Positions 25,741 through 38,121 of a stretch of 64,000 bases of DNA are shown here, in pieces. The stretch is from Lama glama. Its lineage: Eukaryota. The stretch is from the NCBI GenBank assembly GCA_028534125.1, contig CM052836.1:5456001-5520000 (forward strand), written 5' to 3'. The position numbers and the translations under genes are program-made. Under the pieces are notes generated by a model. The model had not been told where the DNA came from. It saw only the letters and a program-made list of their open reading frames with translations, and ran no database searches. Numbering within the stretch: the first letter of the stretch is position 1; each line of letters begins with the position of its first letter.

Positions 25741-26869
25741 TTGGAAAGGAGCCAGGTGAAAAGAAGTTAAACGTTTAGAAGTGGTCTAGAGAGGGCAAGA
25801 TAGTAAGTTGTTATATCTGGGAAGCTTGAAAGATCACAAAACATGACACAAAGAAGATACATACGACACCAGGGCTGATGGCCGGTTTCAGTGTCACGAG
25901 GAATGAGACGAGAGCAAAACAGGACTCTCCGAAGTCCAGATGCTTGTCTTTTGTTTGTTTTTTTAAATCAAATTTCAGTGTCAACAATAATCATCGGGGG
26001 CATGTTTAAAGTGGAAAAGCCTAGGATCATTTCCAGGGACTTGGGTTCAGCTGGTACCACAGTGGATCCCAGGGATCTGTGTTAATAAAGCTCTCAAGTG
26101 ATTCAGCACAAAATAGTCCCGGATGGTGTGCCCTTGGGCAGGAGGTGCAACTCAGGAGTGCTCTGATGCTCTCTAGTGAAGTAGGAAGAGATAAAGCATG
26201 TGTGCGAGGAGGACAGCAAAGTATTATCTGCACCAGGGTCCCCCTTGGGTGCACAGTAGAGTTTTCTTAGGAAGAGATCTCCCTAGGAAGTAGAAGGCAA
26301 TGTCCAGAGACCCTGAGGACTGGAAACAGAATGAAATAAAAAACTAAAGAAACAATCAAACAAAAAAAGATACAAAAGAAAGAAAGAAAGAAACAGGTAC
26401 ACTGATACACCAGAGAAATAAAAAAGAAAGAAAGGGAGTGGATGGGGAGAGACGGGGTAACTTTTCAAAAGGTTAGCACTTAGGGAAAAGGAGGGGTCCC
26501 TGAAAAATTAAGGAACAAGGAATAATGATGGAAAGACCTTTAAGGACTGAGTTGCTAGCTGATTCTAATTTGCTTGTGTTGCTGCTGTTATGAAAATACC
26601 CTCTGACCCTCCCGACCGTCTCTAAACCCTGACTTGTCTACAAGAGATAGAACAGTGATGAAAGGAATAGTGATTAGAGCTGAAGGGAAGTGTCCTCTCA
26701 CGGGATGCTCCATCACGTCCGGGCGGTCAGAGCATGATTTGACGGTCAGCGGTCTATGTGACAAAGACGAGCAGTCAAGGAGCCATTACTCCCAGGAACC
26801 AACCCAAATGTGACTGAGAAATAACCTCCCTTTTTCTGCACTACTAGAAAACTGATGAGTTGATTACAG

Positions 26870-27170
26870 TTTATTCATCCATTCAACAAAGATGGACTTT
26901 AAGTCAGACGTGTCCTGTATGTCATGGATTATAAAACGGAGCAAAAACAACCCCAGTCCCTTCCCTTGTGGACTGGGCAGGATGGTAAGGAACATAAAAG
27001 TGAATTGAATAATTCTGCAAACATAATTACAACTTTTTGACGTCCTAGGGTGATGAGACACATGCCACTGTAAGGGTCATTAATAAGGGGAAATGATTTA
27101 ATGGGGGAGACGAGATCAATTTTCCAGATAATTAAACTGAGTGTTGAAGGATGAGTAAGAGTTAAATGGG
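26870..27170 (-). mobile_element. L2 3' remnant
   Basis: ttattcatccattcaacaaa start; aaactgagtgttgaaggatgagtaagagtta. Confidence 0.6.
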
Positions 27171-27799
27171 GTTAATAATATCTTATCATAATGTCACTGA
27201 GAGAATTAACTAAAGGATTAACCTCAGGCCACAGCATATTTCCTTGCTTCCGAGGTGGTATAAACGAAAAGACGTGTTTATTTAACCATAGCTTTGAGGA
27301 GGATACAGAATCATGACCATTTTCATGCACATTTAGTGTAAGGTGCCACTTCACTTCTGAAATATTAAACGATCAACACTCTGGGGACTGAAGCACAGCG
27401 ATCTTTATATTCCAAGCCCAGCGCAGTGCCTGCCACATTGTAGACACTCAGCAAACAAAAGTAAAATTAATGACTACCTGCCCCTCTTCTGTCTCTCTTT
27501 GATCCTTCTTTTCTCTCAGGTACTATTATCCCATTTCTCTTGTCAGGTACACTGATACCAACAGATGTGTGTATTTCTCATTCACAGAATATTTTTGTTT
27601 CAAAAGATGCTATGAAAAAGATAATGATTTCACTTAAGAAATGAATTCAGAATGATGGAGTTTTAGCCATTTTTACTCAAGTGTTTTCAGGTGAAGTCCT
27701 TCCCAGAGATCTTTGAATCAGAATATGTAAAAAGAAACTTGTATTAAGGCATGATGACAGAAGATTGTTTAAAAAATAATTTACATAACACCGTAATAG

Positions 27800-28070
27800 T
27801 TCATGTTTTGATCAGGTCACTGTCCAATGCAGGTGGACAGAGTCCAATGCTCTGTTCCACACAATCATTCAGGGATCTCTTTCCATCTGTTGTGGCTCTG
27901 CCCTCTTCTGGGTTCTTGCTGTCCTCTCTGTTCAGGAATAGAATGTAAGAAGACAGTGTGGAGTTGATAGTGGAGATATTTAAGAGCCAGGCAGGGAAGA
28001 GATAAACATCAATTCTGCTCACATTCTATAAGCCAGAACTTGGTTTTACGGCCACACACAATTGCACATT
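27800..28070 (-). mobile_element. MLT1-family LTR fragment
   Basis: tcattcagggatctctttccatctgttgtggctctgccctc; ttctgctcacattctataagccagaactt. Confidence 0.6.
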
Positions 28071-28165
28071 TATACCAGGACTGCCTTTGAACCAAAGCCT
28101 AATTTCTGTCCATAAACAAAGCAAAGCTAATTGGCCCATGTGATAGTGGATTTTGCAACAGGGGA

Positions 28166-28692
28166 TGTGGGGACAGACTCTAGGATGGCCCATGATCCCC
28201 ACTTCCTGGTGCTTACCCCTTAGTGTGGGCAAGACTTCCATTGGGTCAACAAAATATGGCAAAGATCGCTCCCATGATTATGTTACATTATATGAGACTC
28301 TGTCTTATTGGCAGACTCACTGTCTCTCTCCCTTTCTGGCTTTGAAGAAGGAAGCAGCTGTATTACGAGAGAACCCATGGAGAAGACTGTGTGACAAGGA
28401 ACTGCTGGGGACCCCCGGGGCTGAGAGAAGTCTCTGACTGCCAGCCAGTGAGCCACTGAGGCCCCAAGTCTTACAGCTAGAAAGAAATAAATTCTGCAAC
28501 ATGAGTGAGCTTAGAAATAGCTGCCTCCCCAGTTGAGCCTTCAGATAAAAACACAGTCCAGGTCACAATTTAATATCAGCCTGGTAAGCCAAGCCTGGAT
28601 TCCTAAACCACAGAGACCATGAAGATAAATGTGTGTAGTTGAAGCAGCCAAGTTTACGCTACTTTGTTCCATGCTGATAAAAAATTCAGACA
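28166..28692 (+). mobile_element. MLT1-family (MaLR) LTR
   Basis: tgtggggacagactctaggatggcccatgatcccc...ctggctttgaagaaggaagcagc...aattctgcaacatgagtgagctt...gattcctaaaccacagagaccatgaagataaatgtgtgtagttgaagc. Confidence 0.8.
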
Positions 28693-29079
28693 GGAACCTC
28701 GTTTGCTCCTCTGGCTGAGTTATACAGCTAGAACATGGATTGATCATCCAAATCCTTAACACTTGACTGTTTACGACAGGTTTCAAAATGGACAGCACAC
28801 ACATCAGCCTAAGTGTCCATTCTTGTTTCCTAGTCCTCCAGAAAGGGGTCTCCTTGGATCTGCTTCCCCCCAACAGTGTTCTCTTTTATCAGATTTACTA
28901 GATAAACACGCAGCTTTCTTATCTGTGTCATTACTGAAATGCCGCCTTCCATTAACTTCATGCCTCCTTGGAGAGGAAATTTATAAACTTCATTCCAGAC
29001 TTCATACAGATGAATCATGGAAAAGGAAGATGATAAGAGGAACAGAAATAAGCACAAGAATTCTGATTTTAATTTCCAA

Positions 29080-29620
29080 GGAGCAGCAAGCACGGGGTCC
29101 TGTGTCTGCCAACCCCACACTCCCTGGGCTGCTGGGCTGAGGAGCCCTTGGCTCCAATCCCGTCTCCCTGGCCAGAACAGCGGGTCCTTGGAGGATAAAG
29201 AAATGCTCCGAAGCAGCCCAGAGTAGAGCTTTGAACTGTTGGACTCGTCAGCCACCCGGAACAACTGACAGATGGAGGAGCTACGGAGCCAGGTGGCCAG
29301 GCTGAGCCGCAATCGAGCTGCCCGCCCATCAGCCCAGTCCCCTGCTGCTCAGGGATGTCCTACAGGAACCCAGGCGGCGGCAGGGGACTGAAGGGATGGG
29401 AAACACCTTAGCAATAGTTTCTAAGCAGTTCACAAAGCACAGCCAGCTTTTGGGAATATAATCAACTATTTCCCTTGCTTTGCAAAGAAAAGATCGGGTA
29501 CTTCCCCATTATTGGGAGAAGGAGCTGCCCTGAACGGTGCAGGCAGAGCTGGCCATATGTTGGCTTCATCTTACGGGCAGGTTTAAATAAACCCCCCGCA
29601 GAGGCCCATGAAGTCTCCAT
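29080..29620. promoter_or_regulatory. Candidate promoter/enhancer: GC-rich block with a perfect CArG box
   Basis: Locally GC- and CpG-rich unique sequence; CCATTATTGG at 29506-29515; A/T box gtttaaataaa 29581-29591. Confidence 0.4.
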
Positions 29621-29877
29621 CCCATCCAAACAAAAGGACCTGAAACATCTATAATGCATCTCCTTGCTCAGAAAGCAAAGAATTTGGGTAGCTAGTCAAC
29701 AGTATCTAATCCATCTTCTATCAACACAATCCCAGCCCTGTTTTTCCCTCCCTTTTATAGCTTCTTCCTCATGAAAACATGAATCCAACCTTGGGTTGTT
29801 TTTTTTTCTCATTCTTATACTTCATTTTTTGATTTTCCCTCTAAGTCACATTTTCAACTTTGCCAAAAGTAAAAATT

Positions 29878-29885
29878 CACACACA

Positions 29886-29916
<31 letters not shown>

Positions 29917-29920
29917 GCAC
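29878..29920. repeat. (CA)12(CG)8 alternating purine-pyrimidine repeat
   Basis: Directly visible. Confidence 0.95.
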
Positions 29921-30804
29921 CTGCTATTTGAAAACACATATTCCTAGACTGGAAAGGCGAGTGAAAAGAATGGAAACACACATTAGAAAGTTCAACCTGA
30001 GAAAAAAAAATTCCTGACAATGCAGATAAACTGGGTATAAAGAACTGAAAGTAGTTTCTGGGGGGAAAAATATCACTCTCATCTGCAACTCAAACTGGCA
30101 AATGTTTATTGGGTACCCACTGGGTTCAAGACACTATGCTTGATGTTAAAGAAAATGTAAATACGTTAAAAATGACAATTTCCTTCCTTAAAAGGTTACC
30201 ATTTGTTTTGGGAGCTAAGAGAAAAGAAGCTAGAATGATGCCATAGCATGTGTTGTAAAGTGCACTACAATTTATAAACCATTTTTACATTTGTAATCCC
30301 AATTAATCCTTAGATAAAGCTTGTTTCTTAAATGGATAAATCTTTATGCTTATTAAAAGCGGCAAGAAAAAGAGTATCTCAGAGATGTGATCTGCTGAAG
30401 GTTACCCAGCAAATAAGTCTTTGAGCCGAATCTTAAACAGTTATTCCAACTCCAAACTGAACGCCCCTTTTCACTATCCATCTGTCTCTCAATGAAACAA
30501 ACTGTAAGTAGCGAAGATGTCCATGAATGGGAGAAACCACACAGAACCACATAAACAAGTTTGGCATAAGGGATACAGAATTTGAGCCCAGCCCCAAAGC
30601 TTTTGTAGTGAGAGAATCAGGAAGAGAAAACTCTGGACTGGGGAAAAGTTGAGAGCAAAGCCTTAGAAGCATGAATAAGAAGTAATATATTTAGGGTCCT
30701 GGGAGTATTTAAAAGTTACTGAATGTCACCTTTATTTCACATTTGTAATTATTTTCCACGTCTATAAAATGAAAGAAAAAAAAACAACTTTTTCCCTGGG
30801 CTGA

Positions 30805-30936
30805 NNNNNNNNNNNNNNNNNNNNNNNNNNNNNNNNNNNNNNNNNNNNNNNNNNNNNNNNNNNNNNNNNNNNNNNNNNNNNNNNNNNNNNNNNNNNNNNN
30901 NNNNNNNNNNNNNNNNNNNNNNNNNNNNNNNNNNNN
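30805..30936. other. Assembly gap (N)
   Basis: Run of N. Confidence 1.
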
Positions 30937-31310
30937 GTAGTGTAGTCTAATAAGTATGCAATAGCACTACATCTAAAAAAATGTAAATAATTTAATTAAA
31001 AAATGCTTTATTGCTAAAAAAAAAATGCTAACCCTCATCTGAGCCTTCAGCAAGCTGTAATCTTCTTGCAACAGCAACCTCAAAGATTACTGATGGCAGA
31101 TCACCGTAACAAATAGAACGATAAAGGAAAAGTTGGAAATATTACAAGTTTCCAAAATGTGAAACAGAGATATGAAACGGGCAAACGTTGCTGGGAAAAT
31201 GACGCTGACAGACTTGCTCCATTCAAGGTTGCCACCAATCTTCGGCTTGTGAAAAATGCAATATCTGTGAAGCACAATAGAGCGGCGCAAAATAAAACAA
31301 GACATGCCTG
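30937..31310 (-). mobile_element. Tigger1 derivative, truncated by gap
   Basis: Reverse-complement match to the 18438-18944 element; terminus gcaaaataaaacaagacatgcctg. Confidence 0.88.
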
Positions 31311-31944
31311 CACAGGAATATTTCTTCTCCTTGGAGGCAGGGGAGGAGGGTGTTAGGCAGAAACGCCTCCTGAGGCACGAGGAAATAGTTATCTACATGG
31401 ACCTGCTCCGAACTGCCTGAGTTCATTGCCATCACTAACCAGCTGTGTAATCTTGCAAAAACTGCCCTGATTTCCTTATCCACCCAAATGGAGTTCCTAA
31501 CTTTTTTGTGAGCGTTATCTCCTCTAAAACCCTCATCAAGTAAGTGGTAAATAAATACTGAATCTGAATGCCTCTGAGCACCCTATATTTTCTGCAACAA
31601 TTGTTGAATAATGCAACCTAGAACCCTCAAAGCAAGAAAGATTGAGAATACGCCCTGGGGTCTGGTTCTAAGCTGTCAGGCTAGTTGCTCTAACAGTAGC
31701 ACAGAGTGCTGGAAAACTCCCAGCTGCTAGAGATCAGTTGCTTTAGAACCAGAATGGATTCTGAGCAAGCCGAGTTTTATAGATCTAATTAGAAAGCACG
31801 GCTTTATGGCCCCAAAGAGTGTGGAAGATCCATATGTGTGTGTCTACGTTTTTACAGCAGTCATAAAAATTAACTGAAAAATCTTTCTTCAGCTTCCAAA
31901 GTAGCCCTTTGTGTCTTATTTCACCCCAACATTTTCTATCTATT

Positions 31945-31990
31945 CCTAAAGAATTTGATTCTCTCTTTGTTGAGAATCAAATTCTTTGGG
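31945..31990. repeat. Inverted repeat, 16-bp perfect arms, 8-nt loop
   Basis: aaagaatttgattctc (31948-31963) / gagaatcaaattcttt (31972-31987). Confidence 0.95.
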
Positions 31991-32388
31991 TTTTGTGGGT
32001 TGGTTTTTGGATTATGAGTAAATTCAGTCCTTGACTTTCATAGTTACTTTTTTTTAAAATGATTCCTACTAATTCTAGTAGCAATCGTAAGTTAAAATCT
32101 TAAAGAATTAAGTAACACAGACCACTGAGACTTAGATTAGATATAAGAAGGCATTTGGTACATTGTGCACATTATAAACACTGAGCTACATCACAAATAA
32201 TTAGCAGAAGGAAGAAAAAGGGGATGGAGAATAGATACAATGAACGTATTGTCTCAGTGAACAGTGAAAATAATGAATTTTCTGGTTTGTTAATTTAGCA
32301 GTAAAAGACACAACAGTGTAATACATAAATCAACCTTAGTGATGTGTTCAGCATATTCCCTTTTATTGAAAAGAAAATAATTATTTTT

Positions 32389-32480
32389 ATTCTTTTAGTT
32401 TTTATTTATTTTTAAATTTTTTTTAAGTATAGTCAGTTTCAATGTGTCAGTTTCTGGTGTACAGTACAATGTGCCAGTCA
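32389..32480 (-). mobile_element. Very short L1 3' end
   Basis: T-rich tail plus aagtatagtcagtttcaatgtgtcagtttctggtgtacag, similar to the 2362-2516 element. Confidence 0.7.
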
Positions 32481-33507
32481 CAATGATTTTTAAAAACACA
32501 TTTTTTAAAGATACATATTATTAAGATAATCTGTGAAATCACGTTTGCTCAGATAAGACCTAGAACTGATACAGGAAAGGGGATGCTGGTCTAGGAAGTG
32601 AAATGCCCCGGGGCCTGCTCTGTGTTAGCACTTTAGACGTGTGATTTTAGTTAATTGCCCCCCACACAGGAAGTAGATTATATCAAGTCCACTTTCCAGA
32701 TAATCTTACTGTGGTTTACAAGAACAGTAATTTCTCCAAAACCCACATCGAACAAGAAGCAGCATGAAGATGCAAGCCCACGTGTTTCTGATGGTAAAAC
32801 CTGCTCATTCGCCCCTGGTGCCGCTGTCTCCCAAGAACCAATGAAAACGAGAAGCATTCTGGGGTGGGGGCGGGGCAAAAGCTCTGCGCTCCATGTTCCC
32901 TGATGTAACCCTTATCAACTGTCCGCTTTGGCCTAGGTCTATATCCCCAAAGACAGCTAGTTTTTCCTGTTACTGCCACTATTAAGAGTTACCTCCATGA
33001 CTACTTACAAGGATTTTGTTTTTTTTTTAAAAAGGGAGGAGGGGGCGGATTCTGGAGTTTTCTAGATTATGAGCTCCTGAATAAAATTCACATAGCAAAA
33101 GGATTCATACATGTATGAACTTGTAAGCTTGCCATAATTATACGCAAAAGTCTGGCACCAGTATCTACTTTCCCCTACCTCTTGGAAAGTTAACTCTGAA
33201 AGATATTATTTTAAATACAGAAGTGGACATATTTATTATCCGAATCATAGAGCAGTGACACTCATAGGTAATTAAAATCAAAGAACACAAAACTTTGCTG
33301 GCCTCCGTACACTTTCAATAAACAAAGTTTCTCTAATGCACTTTCTTTCATTCAGCCTTATGGACAGTATTGCATTTTGTTTTGGTCTGGTTTTTGTTTG
33401 TTTGTTTTGTTTTTGTTTTGGGGTTTTTTTTTGGATTATGAGCAAATGCAGTCTTTGACTTTCTGGAACAGAAGACATAATTGTTGATAATGACTTTTTT
33501 TTTTTTT

Positions 33508-34655
33508 ACTATCATTTATTTCCAAGTAAATCATAATGCCAGGAAAATAAACAAATCAGTCTTTTATTGAAATAAAAAGCATACTTAACTGGTTAAAAAC
33601 TGGAAGATGGTTAAGCAAATTTAAACAAATGTTATTGTCATTGAGAATGTTAGTAAGATGAAATATAGTACTTGAAAAATATATGTAATAAAAAGCAGGG
33701 AACATAAAACTAGGGTGTTGGCTGAAATCTGTGTTGAACTCCTCTCAACTGTAGTTTACTAGCCAATAATTCTCCAATTCAATGAAATGAGCCCGCTTTT
33801 CAGTACTTGAAAAAATTTTGATAGATTCTAAATTTAGTCCCGTTTTTGCCAACTCCCTAGACTTCCACAAATTTCAATCTAACAGCAAAGGAGAGTAAGT
33901 ACCCACCCCTGGGTGGGAAAAAAAAAAAAAGGAAAACCGTTAACCACAAGTATAAAATGCTCTGAAGCCTCATAGTTTATCTTAAATTTTGCGCAGAATT
34001 TCTTTTTATTCTATAATATATCTGTGTTTGTTTTAAAGTTTTTAAAAGGTCTTATACTTCCCCGTTAACTACTCTTATTTTATAGACACATTCACACTGA
34101 TGGATACATACACAAAGTCCAAATGTAATTGGCTAGTTTGGAGGGAAACAACCTGTTCACCTTGTGGTTTTAGATACTCCCTATAAAGTCACCGGGTTAA
34201 GACTGAGATCTTAGCTAATCTTGAGCGAAGATCAAATTCTTCCCCTTCCAATATCCGTCCACTGGTTTAATGGAGTGAACGTTCTTAGCCCAGGATGACA
34301 AGTGGTATCTAGTCGGAAGTTTTGGAAATGTTACCCAATTTCCACCTTGCTCCAGCTTGAGAGAATGAATCCCCACCCAGCGCTTGGGCAGTGCACTACA
34401 ATATCTTTGCTAACTCCAATAGATACTTGACCACTCCTAAGTCTATGTCCAGATTTGGCATGAATTTTGGGAGTATGAGAGCAGTGCCATATATTAAAGT
34501 TGGTCTTCAATAAGATCGCTATGGGACAGGTTATCTTCTGCGTAAAGTCTACTCTCTTTTTTCAGACAACATAGCACAAATTCAATACAGCCTCATAGTC
34601 AGGAAGATGTCTGTTGGATAGGGGTCCCTCTTAGATCTTTCCATTTGTCATTAGT
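33508..34655 (-). other. Candidate terminal exon / 3'UTR-like unique segment
   Basis: Minus strand has a ~60-nt AG-free pyrimidine tract before aaag|ACTAAT (34655), a short frame TNDKWKDLRGTPIQQTSS* and AATAAA signals near 33515 and 33563, followed by genomic A13. Confidence 0.25.
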
Positions 34656-35754
34656 CTTTTAAAGAACATGACATAGTGTGAGGGGGGAAGCAGCAGGGGG
34701 AGGAAGAGAAGAAAGACTGATGTCATTAAAGATCACACACAGAGAGATTTAACCCACTATTTTCTTTGTCAAAGAGAAAAAAACAGACACAAAGACACAG
34801 AGAAAAAGGCATAATATCCTATTCAATACAAATGCTTTATAAATATTCATGGATATTGTTACAGCAATGGAGACAATATGGTGTTGGTGATGCAAAGATA
34901 GAATCTAGAAACTGACACATACATAGCCACTCTATTTTTAACAAAGATAATACTGCAGTGCAGTCAGGAAAGAGTCTTTTTGGTAAGCAGTACTGGGAGA
35001 TCAGAGGTACATGTGAAAAAATATTAAACATTATCCCTAACTCATCCTTTTAAAAGAAACCAACACAATCTGTAGATCTAAACGTGACTATAAAACAATG
35101 AGGCTTCTAGAAAAAACCTGGGAATAATATCACTAGGACTTGGTACAGGCACCAACCAGAGGCAGGTACTTCAGAAATTTCAAAGAACGACCTCTGAAAA
35201 ATTCCTTCTCCTATAAAAGCAATGATAACGTTGGCAAAATTTTTGAAAATAGATTTTTGTATGACTCTGGAAATTAGAGACTATTCAATTAAAACTGCTG
35301 AACCCCGGGGATAATAATGGGTTTGTGGCATTTTAACCAACCCTATTCCCATACTCTCTTCTTGACTCCATGGTAGCCTTGAAAACCAGCAGCCTCGTAG
35401 CCAGTAGAAGGAACAAAGGAGGTTTAGAGCTCTTCAAAAAGCCCTGATTCCAAATAAGTCAGAAAACGGTAACAGAAAGAAATTTGGGGAATTCAAAAAC
35501 AGATGGAAATTAAACAACACTCTCCAACATAAGCAATGGATCAAAGAAAAATTCACAAAGAAATTAGAAAGTATATTGTAATGAATGAAAATGAAAACTA
35601 GTGGGTTGCAGCTAGAACAGTGTTTAGAATGAAAATCTGTGCCTGTAAATATGTACTGTGAGAAAAGGAAGAAAGATATATATTTTAGAAAAATATTTAA
35701 GATATTATCAACACATTTCTAAAGGCAGAATTTATTTAGGTCACATTCTCTGAA

Positions 35755-35800
35755 AATATAATATAATATAATATAATATAATATAATATAATATAATATA
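35755..35800. repeat. (AATAT)n pentanucleotide microsatellite
   Basis: Directly visible, about 9 units. Confidence 0.95.
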
Positions 35801-36044
35801 TCACAATTAATGATAATTTTTCTAAAATTTAAATCCACCCCAAAATTGAAATTCATTATTACAAATAGCTTTTAGATGAAAGTGGAAATTAAATTAGCTT
35901 TTAAAGAAAGTAAAGTGACATAGGACACCGATGTAGAAAAACCCATGGAGATGTGGCCAAAATTGTATGGATTAGTAAAATTCATGATTTTGACTTATTT
36001 CATAATTGTAAAAGAAAAAGACAAAAATTAAAAACCAATCTTTT

Positions 36045-36187
36045 GGTGGGGAGGGCATAGCTCAGGGGTAGAGTGTGTGCTTAGCATGTATAAGGTCCTG
36101 GGTTCAATCCCCAGTACCTCCATTAAATAAATAAATAAATAAATAAATAAACAAACAAACAAACCCTAGTTACCCCCCCAAATATAT
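36045..36187 (+). mobile_element. tRNA-Ala-derived SINE (vic-1-like), inserted in L1
   Basis: gggcatagctcaggggtagagtgtgtgcttagcatgtataaggtcctgggttcaatccccagtacctcc plus (AAAT)n(AAAC)n tail; TSD ttaaaaaccaatctttt (36028-36044) / ttaaaaaacaagctttt (36188-36204). Confidence 0.92.
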
Positions 36188-37496
36188 TTAAAAAACAAGC
36201 TTTTAAGTCAAGGATCCATAAAAAAGAAGAGTGAAGAAAGCTTACACAAACTAAAGTAAGTAATATTGAAGCAATGTTGAAGATAAAAGGAGAAAGTACT
36301 GAATTTGGAAATAGAAGAAATAATTAGCCCTCAATTTTTTAAACTAATAATTTAAAAAACAGAAAGAGAAGAAGAAAGAAAAAGGGATCATGTGTTCCCT
36401 AAATACCCCTCTTTGCCCTCTGCCCCTTCCCAGTGAGAAAGGTGACACTCAATCCGTGACCTGAAGTAATGGTTGGGCCATGTCTATAGAAATGGTCCCC
36501 ACGTGAATTAGGCATCATATCTATCGGGTTTATAACGGCTTACTCATAAAGCCATATATCGTGATCTCAGAAATCTGCTCTCACATGATCATGATCCTAG
36601 ATCTCTAACAAATTGAACAGAAGAGACAGTTCTGTTCTGAATCCAATTTACAACAATTATGTGATTCAAGTCTAAATATTTGAACCAAATGCCTCTAACA
36701 GCAGCTAAGCCAGCTAAATACTGCGGTGCTGTTGAAAGAACAGTGATCTTAGACCAGAGTCAAAAAACCTGGGACAGAAGCCTTTTCACTATTTACTTCT
36801 GATCATGGACGGATCATTATAGTGTCATCTTCGTTCCACCTCAGGGACCTTGAGGTCCCCTTCCATGGGAAGATGGGATGACTTTCCATTTGGGAATAAA
36901 AACTTTAGCCATCAAAGTAGAACAGCACACTACCTATTTGTTGAATATTCATAAATATCTGTCAAGTATTCATAATTCGTTAATTTTCCCAGCCCAAGAA
37001 TATCACAAATGGACTTTGACAGAGAGTATGACCACATTTTGTCCACTGTTTACCTTTTTCAGAGTCCAGCTTGGATAAACAATCTCCAAAAGACAGGCTA
37101 AAGAATATGTTATCTATATACCACTCTAGGTATTTTAAATATATAATAGTTACAACAAGTTATGTCATAAAAATATGACATCATTAGATCACACTAACTT
37201 AGCTTATTGTCTAATAAAGAGTCATCTTCACCATATTATTTGCAACTAATTTTGTATCAGTTGCTATGTCCTTTTCTCTCTATCTGCATGACCAATTCCT
37301 TTTTAGGTTTTAAATGATGTTTTACCCTCAAGTCTAAACGATTATTCTTTCCTCTGCACACCCCCATAACGTGTACATTCCTCTAATTACAGCACTCTTC
37401 ACAGTGGACTCTAATTTTAGTTTGCCTCTTTCTCTCTCTATGGAACATAAGCTTCTTCATGGGAGAAACTGTAACTCTGTGCTCGCAATGTGTATG

Positions 37497-37600
37497 GTAG
37501 AGGAAGAGAGGAGGGTGAGAGAAAGGATGGGAGGAAGGAAGGAAGGGAGAAAGAGAGGAAGGAAGGAAAAGAGGAAGAGAAGAGAGGAGTAAGAAAGGGG
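37497..37600. repeat. GA-rich low-complexity polypurine tract
   Basis: Near-pure purine run with GGAA units. Confidence 0.85.
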
Positions 37601-38121
37601 TGGATTCAACAAGGCTCTTCTTTAATATGCATATTATTCAGAACCCCTCTCCATTTAGAAGAGGCTGATATAATGCTGTAAATTTGTCACCAATGCATGA
37701 AAATATTTTCAAAGTAAAAAAAAAAAAAAACAGAGAGATCTGGAAGGAAGACGAATAAGAGACTGAAATAAGGGAAGAAGCAAAGGAGCCTTGAGGATAC
37801 GTCATTGCTTAGACACAGGAAAGAAAGCCAGCTCCCTCTCTCCTCCACTCTTGTCCAAAGGAGATACTTAGCTGATTAAAACAGGAGCTGGTTCCCTTCC
37901 AAGAGACTACATCACTGTCTATTTATTAACTTTTATCCTATCTGCAGATTGAGGTCTGCAAACATTTCACTTGTTTGAATACCTCGTGTCTTGGAGACTG
38001 ACTTCAGTTGCAATTAATTTCACCCTTCTGCTGACTGCAGCTGGGATCTCTCTGCCCTTCACCTGTCTTGCTCTTTGGTTTCCATTTGCAACTTTCACTG
38101 ACTTGATACACAAAATCATAC

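Larger units (their letters stand above)
34830..36380 (+). mobile_element. Mosaic of degraded L1M fragments (ORF2 and 5'-type pieces)
   Basis: gacaatatggtgttggtgatgcaaagataga; ggaaattaaacaacactctcc...aatggatcaaagaaaaattcacaaagaaattagaaagtat. Confidence 0.65.

Noticed and set aside
27480-27552. Recursive splice site-like pyrimidine tract with cag|gtac
   Set aside because: The reconstituted donor is weak (gtact/gtaca rather than gtaag/gtgag)
26394-27558. Identical 15-mer caggtacactgatac at two sites
   Set aside because: About one or two such 15-mer matches are expected by chance in 64 kb
33495-34655. Processed pseudogene (T13 tract with nearby poly(A) signal)
   Set aside because: No TSD found and no recognisable coding homology in any frame; kept only as a weak terminal-exon candidate
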